From an uncultured Fidelibacterota bacterium (lineage in GTDB: Bacteria; Fidelibacterota; Marinisomatia; Marinisomatales; UBA1611): a stretch of DNA of 36,370 nucleotides. The stretch spans positions 1 through 36,370 of the forward strand of contig CAJWHW010000022.1 of the NCBI GenBank assembly GCA_913040915.1, given 5' to 3'. Positions 1 to 9,005 of the stretch are shown one piece after another. The notes beneath the pieces are model-generated. The model saw nothing but the letters and a program-made list of their open reading frames with translations, was not told the DNA's origin and searched no databases. A program made the translations under genes and the position numbers. Within the stretch, counting starts at the first letter, position 1. Every line of letters begins with the position of its first letter.

Positions 1-58
1 TGGATAGAGCATCTGCCTTCTAAGCAGAGGGTCACAGGTTCGAATCCTGTCCGGGGTA
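1..58 (+). tRNA. tRNA-Arg(UCU), 5' part cut off by the window edge; CCA not encoded
   Basis: D-arm end TGGATAGAGC; anticodon stem TCTGC/GCAGA (12-16/24-28) with loop CTTCTAA (anticodon TCT at 19-21); T-arm ACAGG-TTCGAAT-CCTGT; acceptor 3' strand CCGGGGT plus A, followed by CT. Confidence 0.95.
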
Positions 59-156
59 CTTTATAGTTTTCCTTCTTTCATTAATAAATAGGTTCAAGTC
101 AGGGTACATACATAATTTTCAATAGATTTACTCAATATAATTTCACAATCTAGTTA

Positions 157-846
157 TTATTTTTTCCCCACAATATCCAACAATTCAACTTCAAAGATTA
201 GAAGGCTCTGAGCAGGGATATTGGGTTTAGGCCTGTTTCCATAGGCAATTTTTGGATGAATAAAGAATTTAAATTTAGAACCCACCTTCATGAGCTGGAG
301 TCCTTCCGTCCAACCTTTTATTACCTGATTAAGTCCAAACTCGGATGGCTCTCCTCTATCAACAGAACTGTCAAATTTAGATCCATCCATAAGAGTTCCT
401 ACATAATGAACCTTCACCCTATCTGTTTGCCCAGGTGATTCACCATTTCCTTCTTTGATAACTCTATATTGGAGACCAGTAGGTGTTTCTTTTATATCAG
501 GCTTTTCCTTATTATTAGCTAAAAATTCTTCAGCAGCTTTTAAATTGACATTTTCTGCTTCTTTTGCCTTACTACGGATATGTTGCTGTAAAGCAACAAT
601 CATTTGCCTTCTTTGTTTTGGATCTAATAAGATCTCATCTGTCTTATGCCCATCTAACAATCCAGCCATAAAGATATCATAATCCAACTCAACATGTTGT
701 TGTTTCAGGTTGGCACCTAGATCTGCACCAAGCGCATAACTGGTTGAGTCTTTGAAATCTGTTAGATTTGTTACAGTCGGATGACTAGTATCTGTACCAC
801 ATCCAAATGTTAAAAGCATTATTAGTAAAAATAATCGGTTTATCAT
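157..846 (-). CDS. FKBP-type peptidyl-prolyl cis-trans isomerase (FkpA/FklB-like), probable lipoprotein
   Basis: SYALG N-domain; TPTGLQY, VKVHYVGTL, FDSS, VIKGWTEGL and LIFEVELL motifs; hydrophobic N-terminus with Cys. Confidence 0.95.
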   Translation of the reverse strand: MINRLFLLIMLLTFGCGTDTSHPTVTNLTDFKDSTSYALGADLGANLKQQHVELDYDIFMAGLLDGHKTDEILLDPKQRRQMIVALQQHIRSKAKEAENVNLKAAEEFLANNKEKPDIKETPTGLQYRVIKEGNGESPGQTDRVKVHYVGTLMDGSKFDSSVDRGEPSEFGLNQVIKGWTEGLQLMKVGSKFKFFIHPKIAYGNRPKPNIPAQSLLIFEVELLDIVGKK

Positions 847-893
847 GTTTTTATCCGTATTGCTTAAATGATTAAAAAAATAATTCGTATGGC

Positions 894-1070
894 TTAATCT
901 GAATCTCGAGATTCAATAACCAACATAAAGCCACCAGCTACAATGGCTATAATTGCCAGCCCAAGAAGTGGGTGATTGCCGATAAATGAAAGAATTATGG
1001 TAACAAATGACAACAAAATAATTGCTAGACCGCCAAAAATAAGATACCATGCTAATTGTCTTCTTTGCAT
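894..1070 (-). CDS. Small two-TM membrane protein (58 aa), absent from the ORF track
   Basis: Manual translation MQRRQLAWYLIFGGLAIILLSFVTIILSFIGNHPLLGLAIIAIVAGGFMLVIESRDSD*; AAGGA Shine-Dalgarno about 10 nt upstream; fills the gap upstream of the FKBP gene. Confidence 0.8.
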   Translation of the reverse strand: MQRRQLAWYLIFGGLAIILLSFVTIILSFIGNHPLLGLAIIAIVAGGFMLVIESRDSD

Positions 1071-1176
1071 GAATAATTGTCCTTTTTATATCCCGATCGA
1101 TTGATTAATGTTTTATTAGTGTTATGTTTACTACATCAAAATTACAGAATTTTAGTGCTGTCATCGGGAAAATTTC

Positions 1177-1836
1177 ATGATACCAACAACCGATTTTTCT
1201 GTTCGCTCTCTGCTGGGTGGATATGACAATAATTTTACCTACCTAATAACCTGTAGCAGAACGGGGGCACAAGTGATTGTGGATGCAGCGGTTGAATTCA
1301 AAAATTTAACTCCATTTTTTCGCGATAAACCTCTGGCACTCTTGATTACACATACTCATGGAGACCACATTGCATATTTGGACCAATACCTGGAAGAATT
1401 TCCTGAAATAGTTGTTCTAGGACACCCAGAAACAAAAATACGAAAAGAGAATCAATTTAAATCCATATCCCATAACCATAATTTTAAAATCGGTGAATTA
1501 CATTTTCTTGCTCTGCATACGCCTGGACACTATTATGACTCTATATGCTATAAATTAGATTCAGTCATTTTCACAGGTGACACTCTCTTTGTCGGTCGGA
1601 CTGGAAGGGTGAAATCTGCTGGAAGTGATATTTCTGATCTTTATGATTCAATTTACAATAAGCTTTTAACACTTCCCGAAAATACAAGAATATATCCTGG
1701 GCATGACTATGGTGACTCACCTACTATCACTATAAAAGATAATATTAAAATCAGTCCCTTATTACAAGCCAGCGACTTAAGCGATTTTCAACAAAAAATG
1801 GAAAATTATGAGCAAAACCGAAAACCGGGCACATAG
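1177..1836 (+). CDS. MBL-fold metallo-hydrolase (hydroxyacylglutathione hydrolase / glyoxalase II family)
   Basis: THTHGDH, HTPGH, FTGDTLF and YPGHDY motifs. Confidence 0.92.
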   Translation: MIPTTDFSVRSLLGGYDNNFTYLITCSRTGAQVIVDAAVEFKNLTPFFRDKPLALLITHTHGDHIAYLDQYLEEFPEIVVLGHPETKIRKENQFKSISHNHNFKIGELHFLALHTPGHYYDSICYKLDSVIFTGDTLFVGRTGRVKSAGSDISDLYDSIYNKLLTLPENTRIYPGHDYGDSPTITIKDNIKISPLLQASDLSDFQQKMENYEQNRKPGT

Positions 1837-1855
1837 TGTTTAAGCAGAAGTACTT

Positions 1856-2119
1856 ATGAAGCAGATATTCAATTTCCTCTTATTATTAATGTTGGCCATC
1901 AGCTGTACTGGTATCAATAAAAATAACAGTTGTACGGAATGCGGTGGTGGATTAGTTGATGGATTTCTATATAAGGAGGTCATTATAGAAGATATGATTG
2001 GTTTGGCCGAAATTGATATAATAACAGATATAGGGAAATGTATTCGTTTTAAACTTGATGGCAGTGATTTTTCTGAAGCCGAAATTGTAGATGATTGCTG
2101 CTGTATTGAATACCAGTAA
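1856..2119 (+). CDS. Hypothetical small Cys-rich lipoprotein
   Basis: Lipobox-like LAISC, CTEC and terminal CCC; tightly packed between + strand genes. Confidence 0.75.
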   Translation: MKQIFNFLLLLMLAISCTGINKNNSCTECGGGLVDGFLYKEVIIEDMIGLAEIDIITDIGKCIRFKLDGSDFSEAEIVDDCCCIEYQ

Positions 2120-2740
2120 ATGATTAATTCTTTCTCTACTGCAACCAGTCCGAAAAGAGCAGTAATCGCTATTCATGGCTGGACTGGAGATATATCTTCT
2201 ATGGAACCGATTGCAAAATCTATAGGTCTTCCTGATACAAAATGGGTCATTCCACAAGCGCCGTATATCTCAGATAAAAAAGGATATACATGGTTTCAAG
2301 GAAACGATAAAATTGGTTGGAAATATGAGAACTCATTTTCGTTATTATCTAAAATAATTTCAGATTTATTGGAAAAAGGTTTTACCCATCAGCAACTTTT
2401 TATGATCGGGTTTTCACAGGGCGCATGTTTTATTATGGAATATATTATTCGTCAGTCTTTTTCTATTGGAGGGATTATTCCAATCGCTGGATTTATAAAA
2501 GATCAGGGACGATTCAGGAAGGACATAACCCCAGAAAGTAAACAGACACGTGTTTTACTTTTACATGGGGATAAAGATGATGTCATTTTTCCGGAGGGCA
2601 GCACAAAAGCCCACAAACTTTTTGAAGAAGCCGGATACAACTCTCAATACCATTTTTTACCAGCAAAACATAAAATCCCAACGAAGGCTATCCCGCTGAT
2701 AAAAACCTTTATTTTATCTGACAAAATAGATTTGATTTAG
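2120..2740 (+). CDS. Phospholipase/carboxylesterase (alpha/beta hydrolase)
   Basis: HGW, GFSQG nucleophile elbow, HGDKDDVI and C-terminal His. Confidence 0.92.
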   Translation: MINSFSTATSPKRAVIAIHGWTGDISSMEPIAKSIGLPDTKWVIPQAPYISDKKGYTWFQGNDKIGWKYENSFSLLSKIISDLLEKGFTHQQLFMIGFSQGACFIMEYIIRQSFSIGGIIPIAGFIKDQGRFRKDITPESKQTRVLLLHGDKDDVIFPEGSTKAHKLFEEAGYNSQYHFLPAKHKIPTKAIPLIKTFILSDKIDLI

Positions 2741-2741
2741 A

Positions 2742-5135
2742 TTATACTTGGAACCAATAGTTTAGTTTCAAAAATATGGAGTTTGAACTATTTGTGCTCC
2801 ATGTTTGGTCTTGATAAGAAAAGTATTTTCTTTCATTATAATTATAAACAATATATGCGGTACTCCCTGGCTTATATTCCCACCGAAGGACAAATGTCCC
2901 TATATTATTATCTAATTTAAAATCAGGATTATCAGAATAAATGAATGGTTCAAGATCTCTAGATTCTTCTCTCAAAAGTCTGTTAAAAGATATATAGTCC
3001 ATATCAACCATAAAAGGTTGCATAAATACTTCTAGTGTTAATTCAGGAGTAAATGTCCAATTAAATCTCAGTTTTAAATCTCTCATAGTAGTTGAAGACT
3101 GTGCATAAATGATATTCTTAACAAGGGAGTCTTCTTCAATTCCCACCCACTCCATGGCATTCCTATCTAAATCTTGGGTGTAGTCCAGTGCGATACTAAT
3201 ATTGTTTAGTGGTTTGTAATTAAGTTTTAAACCAAATTGATTCCCCCATGGGCTATACTCGCCTCTCCCAATTGAAAGACTCGTATTTGCGGTTAATATT
3301 TTTCTTTGGTCCGTCTTTATCCAAATATTAAAATAACCCTTTGTCTCTGATTTATAAACCCAAGCATCTTCATCACGAAATGTGTCATTATCATCAAATG
3401 CAGCAAATTTTATATCTATTTTTGAACCAACGCTCCAATAATTCTTTAAATCATTCTTTTGTTCTATCTCCAATTCTTTATTAGTGATTAACCCATCTCC
3501 GCGGCCTCCAACTTTATACTTAATTTCTAAATCATTTTTTAAAAAGGTCCCCCATGGTTTCTGCTTACGAACTTTTCCCATTGCACCAAAAAACCAATCA
3601 TCATTACGTTTATTAAATCCGAGATCATTAATTTCAAAATTTTTATCTTTATAACCGGTAAAAAATTTTAATTCCCACCATTCTGGATCAAGATATCCAA
3701 TAAAAAGACGTACACCATCACCCGCAGTGCCATCTTTTAAAGAATTTACCATCTGCCCTCTAATTGCAAGAGCATTATTCAAGAATTTAAGATTCCAATC
3801 AAGGCCCAAAACATTTGAATAGCCTACATTATTTCTACGCTGATCAGTAACCATGAGACCAACTGTCGAAAGTGAATTCAATACCGGCTGTTCAACTCTC
3901 CCAATAAAATGATTTGTTCTTGGCTCTAGTAATATTTCTTCTTGAACTAGACTATCGCCAACTTCATGTTCCCAAATCCCATATTCTTCATCTGTAACGG
4001 CTTCGATTATCCCAAATTTTGTTCCCTCTCTTGTTTCTCCTAATAATTTTCCAGCAGCTAAAATTGTTGTCACATTCGGTTTATCTATTATTTCTCCATC
4101 ATCAGGGGTTAAGAGTCCAGGTGCTTTACCAATCCTTCTGGAATAAAATAATTCAGTACGATTTTTAAAAAAATTATTACCTTCTATGAAAAATCGCCTC
4201 TTCTCTTGAAATTGAGTTTCAAAGGCGCTAAGGTTTAATACTGATGGATCTGCCTCTACCTGCCCAAAATCAGGATTAAATGTAAGGTGTAGTGCCGATC
4301 GAGCATTAAAACCATATTTTAAATCTAGGCCGGTAGAGTTGCTATTTAGGTCGTCCGTTTTTCCACTCAATAAATAAGGAACAACTTCTAATTGTTTTGG
4401 TGGTGGGACATCAGATATTCCTTTAAGGACTCCGTAATAAGGTACAAACCCCTCTACTCCAAAAGGTACGCATGGCCATTGTGTCTCTTCTTGTTTATAT
4501 TGAATATGTCGTGCAGCAAAAAAACCCCAGTCTTGATCAGAGTTTGCTTCAAAGGAGAAAATACTAAAAGGAATTCTATATTCGACAGACCAACCATCCT
4601 CATTTAGCGCTGTTTTAAAGTCCCATACAGCGTCCCAGCTTCGATCAAAACCAGCCATACCTGGTCCGGTAAGTGCAACATCCATGCGAGACCCTGCTGG
4701 ATTTACAAAAAAATGGTTTCCTGTTCTGTCATCATTATTTGAGTCAAATGCGACCACGGCCCAATCTGATTTTGGTCCAAGAACTTCAAACCAGTTATCG
4801 CGCCTTCCTAATCTACCAACTATTTTTTCAGGATGGCTCGTGAGACAATTAACTGCTACATAAATATAATCATCATCATATACAATTCGTACCTCTGTTT
4901 TCTCAGCTGGCAATTCTAAATTGTAAGGTTTAAACTGAAGAAATTCTGATTCAGGTACTACATTCTCCCAGACCTCATCATCTAATACTCCATCAAGTAC
5001 TGGAGGAGTCTGAATTCTTGTAGCGTAAATTTCTTTTAAACGTAACTGGTCGGGATCAATCTCTTGTGCGTATATCGATTCAAAAACAATAATCACAAAA
5101 ATTAAAGCTATATTTTTTGGACCATTACTAGGCAT
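2742..5135 (-). CDS. DUF5916-type outer-membrane protein with N-terminal CBM9-like (DOMON-like) domain
   Basis: PVLDGVLDDEVW, TEVRIVYD, WSVEYRIPFS, NPDFGQVEADP, EKRRFFIEG and LFYSRRIG motifs; aromatic C-terminus KLNYWFQV. Confidence 0.85.
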   Translation of the reverse strand: MPSNGPKNIALIFVIIVFESIYAQEIDPDQLRLKEIYATRIQTPPVLDGVLDDEVWENVVPESEFLQFKPYNLELPAEKTEVRIVYDDDYIYVAVNCLTSHPEKIVGRLGRRDNWFEVLGPKSDWAVVAFDSNNDDRTGNHFFVNPAGSRMDVALTGPGMAGFDRSWDAVWDFKTALNEDGWSVEYRIPFSIFSFEANSDQDWGFFAARHIQYKQEETQWPCVPFGVEGFVPYYGVLKGISDVPPPKQLEVVPYLLSGKTDDLNSNSTGLDLKYGFNARSALHLTFNPDFGQVEADPSVLNLSAFETQFQEKRRFFIEGNNFFKNRTELFYSRRIGKAPGLLTPDDGEIIDKPNVTTILAAGKLLGETREGTKFGIIEAVTDEEYGIWEHEVGDSLVQEEILLEPRTNHFIGRVEQPVLNSLSTVGLMVTDQRRNNVGYSNVLGLDWNLKFLNNALAIRGQMVNSLKDGTAGDGVRLFIGYLDPEWWELKFFTGYKDKNFEINDLGFNKRNDDWFFGAMGKVRKQKPWGTFLKNDLEIKYKVGGRGDGLITNKELEIEQKNDLKNYWSVGSKIDIKFAAFDDNDTFRDEDAWVYKSETKGYFNIWIKTDQRKILTANTSLSIGRGEYSPWGNQFGLKLNYKPLNNISIALDYTQDLDRNAMEWVGIEEDSLVKNIIYAQSSTTMRDLKLRFNWTFTPELTLEVFMQPFMVDMDYISFNRLLREESRDLEPFIYSDNPDFKLDNNIGTFVLRWEYKPGSTAYIVYNYNERKYFSYQDQTWSTNSSNSIFLKLNYWFQV

Positions 5136-5185
5136 AATAATTTTGATTTTCTTTTATTTTAATAAAATATATTTATGTATAAAGA

Positions 5186-5205
5186 CTCTTAAATTAAATT
5201 AAGAG
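5186..5205. promoter_or_regulatory. Inverted repeat, possible operator upstream of the DUF5916 gene
   Basis: CTCTTAA-N6-TTAAGAG, 50 bp upstream of the start codon. Confidence 0.3.
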
Positions 5206-5390
5206 ACTAGTAAAAATTATATTATAATTTAATTTTTTTTAGATATTTCCTAAGTTAAAGTAATTCAATTATTTCTATACTAGAAAATTACCTTATTAAA
5301 AATTGTTTAATACAATTATAATCGATTGTTGAATAATAAAACCAAAAATCGAATATTTAAGTGCCTTCAATGAGGATAGATAACGGCCAC

Positions 5391-5594
5391 TTAACCCAAC
5401 TTTACATTAATAGCTTTATCTCCCCTCATTCCAAAATCCACATCAAAAGATACGTTTTGCCCTACTTTTAGACCTTGCGATTTTAAATGCTCTCTTAGGC
5501 CACTCACATGGACAAAATAATCTTCCTTATCTTCCCCAGTTATAAATCCAAAACCTTTGGAAGAATCATATTCTTTAACAATACCCTTTTTCAT
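5391..5594 (-). CDS. Cold-shock protein (CspA family)
   Basis: KGFGFI (RNP1) and YFVHVS (RNP2) motifs; 67 aa. Confidence 0.95.
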   Translation of the reverse strand: MKKGIVKEYDSSKGFGFITGEDKEDYFVHVSGLREHLKSQGLKVGQNVSFDVDFGMRGDKAINVKLG

Positions 5595-5596
5595 AC

Positions 5597-6124
5597 CTAT
5601 TCTTCATTAGGTTTAAAATCCATAGAAATGGAATTAATACAATACCTTAAACCTGTGGGTTCTGGGCCATCCTTGAAAACATGCCCCAAATGTGATTCAC
5701 ACTTACTACATATTATTTCAACTCTATTCATACCATAACTATTGTCTTCTACTTCAACAACTGATTCAGGGATCACTTCATAAAATGCCGGCCAACCACA
5801 CCCGGATCTATATTTGGTATCAGAAGTGAAAAGATCATTATCGCAACCAGCACAAAAATATTTCCCATCTTCAAAAAAGCCATCATATTTTCCGGTAAAT
5901 GCTCGTTCAGTTCCTTTTTCTCTTAAAACGCGGTATTCCTCTTTTGTAAGGATGCGTTTCCATTCTGATTCTGTTCTTTTCATTGGATCTTTATATAACT
6001 GTTGTTTTGAATTTACATTAATTTTTTGAAGAGTTTGATCTTGAGAAACAATTTGTGATGTAAATAAAATTGTAAACAGGAAAAAGCTAAATAAACCAAC
6101 AATTAATTTAACATTGCTCATCAT
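5597..6124 (-). CDS. msrB: Peptide-methionine (R)-S-oxide reductase with N-terminal signal/TM segment
   Basis: [22 protein letters not shown] and RYCINS motifs, two CxxC Zn ligands; start codon uncertain (6121, 6124 or 6130). Confidence 0.95.
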   Translation of the reverse strand: MMSNVKLIVGLFSFFLFTILFTSQIVSQDQTLQKINVNSKQQLYKDPMKRTESEWKRILTKEEYRVLREKGTERAFTGKYDGFFEDGKYFCAGCDNDLFTSDTKYRSGCGWPAFYEVIPESVVEVEDNSYGMNRVEIICSKCESHLGHVFKDGPEPTGLRYCINSISMDFKPNEE

Positions 6125-6734
6125 TATCAAACACTCCGGAAATAACTAAAGTTCCCGGCTTGCTGCCTTTTACATTAGCACGAAATTTTTCAATATTGCT
6201 GAAGCCATTATTCATAAAGATTGATTCCCATTCTAATTCGCTTAAAAGCGTCATATGTGTATTTAAATCTGTAGGCCACGAATGGCTTGTTTCATTTTCT
6301 TTATAAAAATCTACACCCATAATCATTTTTCCTCCTGGTTTTAACCAGTTTGATTTCATGTGGTGGATTATGTCTGCTGGATTTTCAAAATAATATAAAA
6401 CTTCCATACTATGGATATAATCTACTTTTTCAGTAGGCGTCCAATTAAATAAATCAGCACGGACATAATCGCCTTCAGGATCTATTGATTTGGCATTACG
6501 GATCATATGTTCAGCACCATCTACACCAAGGGCCTTTTGGCACAACCTGTGGGCTCTCATCTCGCGAACTGCCCATCCATTTCCACAGCCTGCATCAATA
6601 AATGTAAATGGACTTAATTGACCTTTTATTAAGTAAGATAGCATTTCTTTAACTGCAGATGCATGATGTTTCCCCATTCCTTCATCTTTACCTACCAATG
6701 CCCATTTATTAAATATATCTGTTGCATGTATCAT
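6108..6734 (-). CDS. Class I SAM-dependent methyltransferase
   Basis: FIDAGCGNG motif I, GVD and LKPGG. Confidence 0.9.
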   Translation of the reverse strand: MIHATDIFNKWALVGKDEGMGKHHASAVKEMLSYLIKGQLSPFTFIDAGCGNGWAVREMRAHRLCQKALGVDGAEHMIRNAKSIDPEGDYVRADLFNWTPTEKVDYIHSMEVLYYFENPADIIHHMKSNWLKPGGKMIMGVDFYKENETSHSWPTDLNTHMTLLSELEWESIFMNNGFSNIEKFRANVKGSKPGTLVISGVFDNDEQC

Positions 6735-6809
6735 AAAATTTGCACTTGTATTGCTTAATTATTACCCAATTTTTATAGCAAAATTAGTAATCCAATCAAC
6801 AAAGTGTAC

Positions 6810-6980
6810 TTAACGGTAATAATTCAAAACACCTGACACTGCTACTCCAATTGAAATAAAATAAAGTACTCCGGAAACCTCATCCGGCAAATTGAAGAAT
6901 GATGCCGATATAATTACAAGAAATGCAACGATTCCCATCCAAATAAAAACCATCGTAAATTTTTTAATTGGTGAAACCAT
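6810..6980 (-). CDS. Small two-TM membrane protein (56 aa from ATG at 6980; 62 aa from 6998)
   Basis: Two hydrophobic helices; ATG overlaps the stop of an upstream micro-ORF (TAATG). Confidence 0.7.
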   Translation of the reverse strand: MVSPIKKFTMVFIWMGIVAFLVIISASFFNLPDEVSGVLYFISIGVAVSGVLNYYR

Positions 6981-7069
6981 TAAAGATGTGTCGACCATAT
7001 CAATAAATAATAAAAAAGTAGATAACCTAGCATAAGGGTAATAAATATCTTAATTGCAATTTTTTTCAC
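6980..7069 (-). CDS. Possible 29-aa single-TM micropeptide
   Basis: GTG-start MKKIAIKIFITLMLGYLLFYYLLIWSTHL*; TAATG coupling to the next ORF. Confidence 0.4.
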   Translation of the reverse strand: MKKIAIKIFITLMLGYLLFYYLLIWSTHL

Positions 7070-7156
7070 CTCAGAAATTATGCAGGTGGTTAGATACAGG
7101 GAAAAACTTTTACTATATTAAACTACATTTACAATAGAGTTTTTACAAAAATGGTC

Positions 7157-7465
7157 TCAGACTTTGGCCTTTGATGTACAACAAGTTTTGTTATAGCTTG
7201 ATTCGCAGGCAGTCTGCACCTTTTTACAACAATCAGGTTTTGCACATGAACTTGTTTCGCTTTTACAGCTTGATTTTTGCCCGCATCCCGAACAACCTGT
7301 ATTACTATTGCAGGTAGTTTTATTTCCACAACCGCTTTTCCCTTTTTGGCAACTAGATACCAGCTGACATTGTTCAGCTGAAATTGACTGCGGTGTATAT
7401 TTTACAGAAGTGACTGACATTAAAACAATAAAAGATGCCAAGATTCCAATTGTTAATCGACTCAT
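7157..7465 (-). CDS. Small exported Cys/Ser/Lys-rich protein with metallothionein-like composition
   Basis: AAGGAG RBS, N-terminal hydrophobic signal, 13 Cys in the last ~70 aa. Confidence 0.8.
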   Translation of the reverse strand: MSRLTIGILASFIVLMSVTSVKYTPQSISAEQCQLVSSCQKGKSGCGNKTTCNSNTGCSGCGQKSSCKSETSSCAKPDCCKKVQTACESSYNKTCCTSKAKV

Positions 7466-7558
7466 TATAATCTCCTTTAAGCTAAAATATAATCTAAAAT
7501 GTAAGCAGGGAATTTTATTCTTTCAATGACCATAAAACTCAGAATTAAGTTCAAAATA

Positions 7559-8332
7559 TCAAAATTCTATGGATTGGATATCTTTTCGCTGAATTCGCTC
7601 TCTTTTATCTCCTACTCGAATGACACATATGTTTTTAGTCATGCTAAGCACTTCACCTACGATCCTACTTCCATTTTTTAATAATACCGTTGTTTGGGGT
7701 GAAACAGAAGAGCTCCTTTTGCCCATATGCACTATTAATGTTACCTGACCACCAATAAAAGAAGCCAAGGGCACATCCCATGTAACTGTTGCACCAGAGA
7801 TACTGGTTTCACCGATTCCTGCTTCAATATCATGAACATTCATTGGAAGTTTTATTTTATAATGCCAGATAATGTCTCCAATCATATTTTTCATCATTAT
7901 TATATCCTGATCATTATTAGGCTTGGGGGTTTTTGGCTTATTGCCCAATATTTTTGTAAAGGTCAATGTACCATCATTATTATCCGTATAAGTCATTGAA
8001 CCCGTAAATCCTGGGAGCTGATCATTTTTTATATTCCCTAAGCTTTCTAAAGAATTGAAACGAATCGTTGATTTAACCCATTTTGATTCATCTTTAGCAA
8101 AATCATTTACAGAAACAACTGAAATACCCTCTATTTGAGATAGGTCATACCTTACTTTTTCCGCTGTAAAAGACGTATCTCTTTCAACCATTTCCAGAGG
8201 CATTCCGTAGGTCATTGTAATTATTCCGGACCCGTCTTGTTTAATTATAAGATTTTCTTCATATTCAATACATCCGGCAATTAACAAAAGGGTAGTATAA
8301 ATAAATGTCAGTGATCTTTTATTTTTACCCAT
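7559..8332 (-). CDS. Hypothetical lipoprotein, LppM/DUF3153-like, with C-terminal Sm-like small beta domain
   Basis: Lipobox IAGC followed by IEYEENLIIKQDGSG; KLP...VTW pattern; C-terminal VLLKNGSRIVGEVL...IQRKDIQSI; GGAG RBS. Confidence 0.7.
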   Translation of the reverse strand: MGKNKRSLTFIYTTLLLIAGCIEYEENLIIKQDGSGIITMTYGMPLEMVERDTSFTAEKVRYDLSQIEGISVVSVNDFAKDESKWVKSTIRFNSLESLGNIKNDQLPGFTGSMTYTDNNDGTLTFTKILGNKPKTPKPNNDQDIIMMKNMIGDIIWHYKIKLPMNVHDIEAGIGETSISGATVTWDVPLASFIGGQVTLIVHMGKRSSSVSPQTTVLLKNGSRIVGEVLSMTKNICVIRVGDKRERIQRKDIQSIEF

Positions 8333-8345
8333 TATTTCTCCATAT

Positions 8346-8954
8346 TTATGAAAAGAATTTTAAGGATGAATATTCATCGGAATTATTTTGAATCTCCAGC
8401 GGTAATGAATAAAGATTAAATGCTAATGAAATTCTCTCATCATTACTCTTATTTTTCATTACCGAATGTTCCAACGATGAATTGAATAAAATCATTTTTC
8501 CCGATGTAGAGGCAGCTTTGAAATATTGCCAATCGCCATTTTCTTTGAAACGGAATTTGATATCCCCAGATAACTTTGGGACTTTCAAATAATATACAGC
8601 AGAAATAACAGCTTTATCTTTATGATCATGCCAGCCAGTTTTTTCGCCTGGTTTTGCAACATTGAACCAAAATTCATTCACCGGAAATCCTAAACCTTTA
8701 TGAGGAACAACTAGAGGTTTTGAACAGATTCTTGTTGCAGATATTACTGCAACTTTAAAAATATCTTTTAATTCAGGAATATAATTTGGATCCAGATAAA
8801 GATTTTCCCAACGGCCTAGGATATAGTGAGAACGCTCCATTTGAGATGAGTGATCCTTTAATTTTTGTATAATTTGATTTCTGAATATATTCGAATAATC
8901 AGGGTAAAATTCATATATTTGGTGTTGGTGGAAAATAATTGGTTTTTTCACCAT
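8346..8954 (-). CDS. Putative 2OG-Fe(II) oxygenase (TIGR02466-like)
   Basis: WFN, HDH, ISAVYY, LFNSSLEHSV and RISLAFN motifs. Confidence 0.88.
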   Translation of the reverse strand: MVKKPIIFHQHQIYEFYPDYSNIFRNQIIQKLKDHSSQMERSHYILGRWENLYLDPNYIPELKDIFKVAVISATRICSKPLVVPHKGLGFPVNEFWFNVAKPGEKTGWHDHKDKAVISAVYYLKVPKLSGDIKFRFKENGDWQYFKAASTSGKMILFNSSLEHSVMKNKSNDERISLAFNLYSLPLEIQNNSDEYSSLKFFS

Positions 8955-9005
8955 ACAATTTAGGTAAATGTTAAATTATTGTTCATATTTTATATTAATC
9001 TTTAT

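Noticed and set aside
858..6758. GTATTGCTTAA shared upstream of the FKBP and methyltransferase genes
   Set aside because: Only two 11-bp occurrences in AT-rich DNA, not palindromic; insufficient evidence
7115..7159. Selenocysteine read-through of the TGA ending the Cys-rich ORF
   Set aside because: No convincing bacterial SECIS hairpin follows the TGA; msrB and TlpA in the window use Cys
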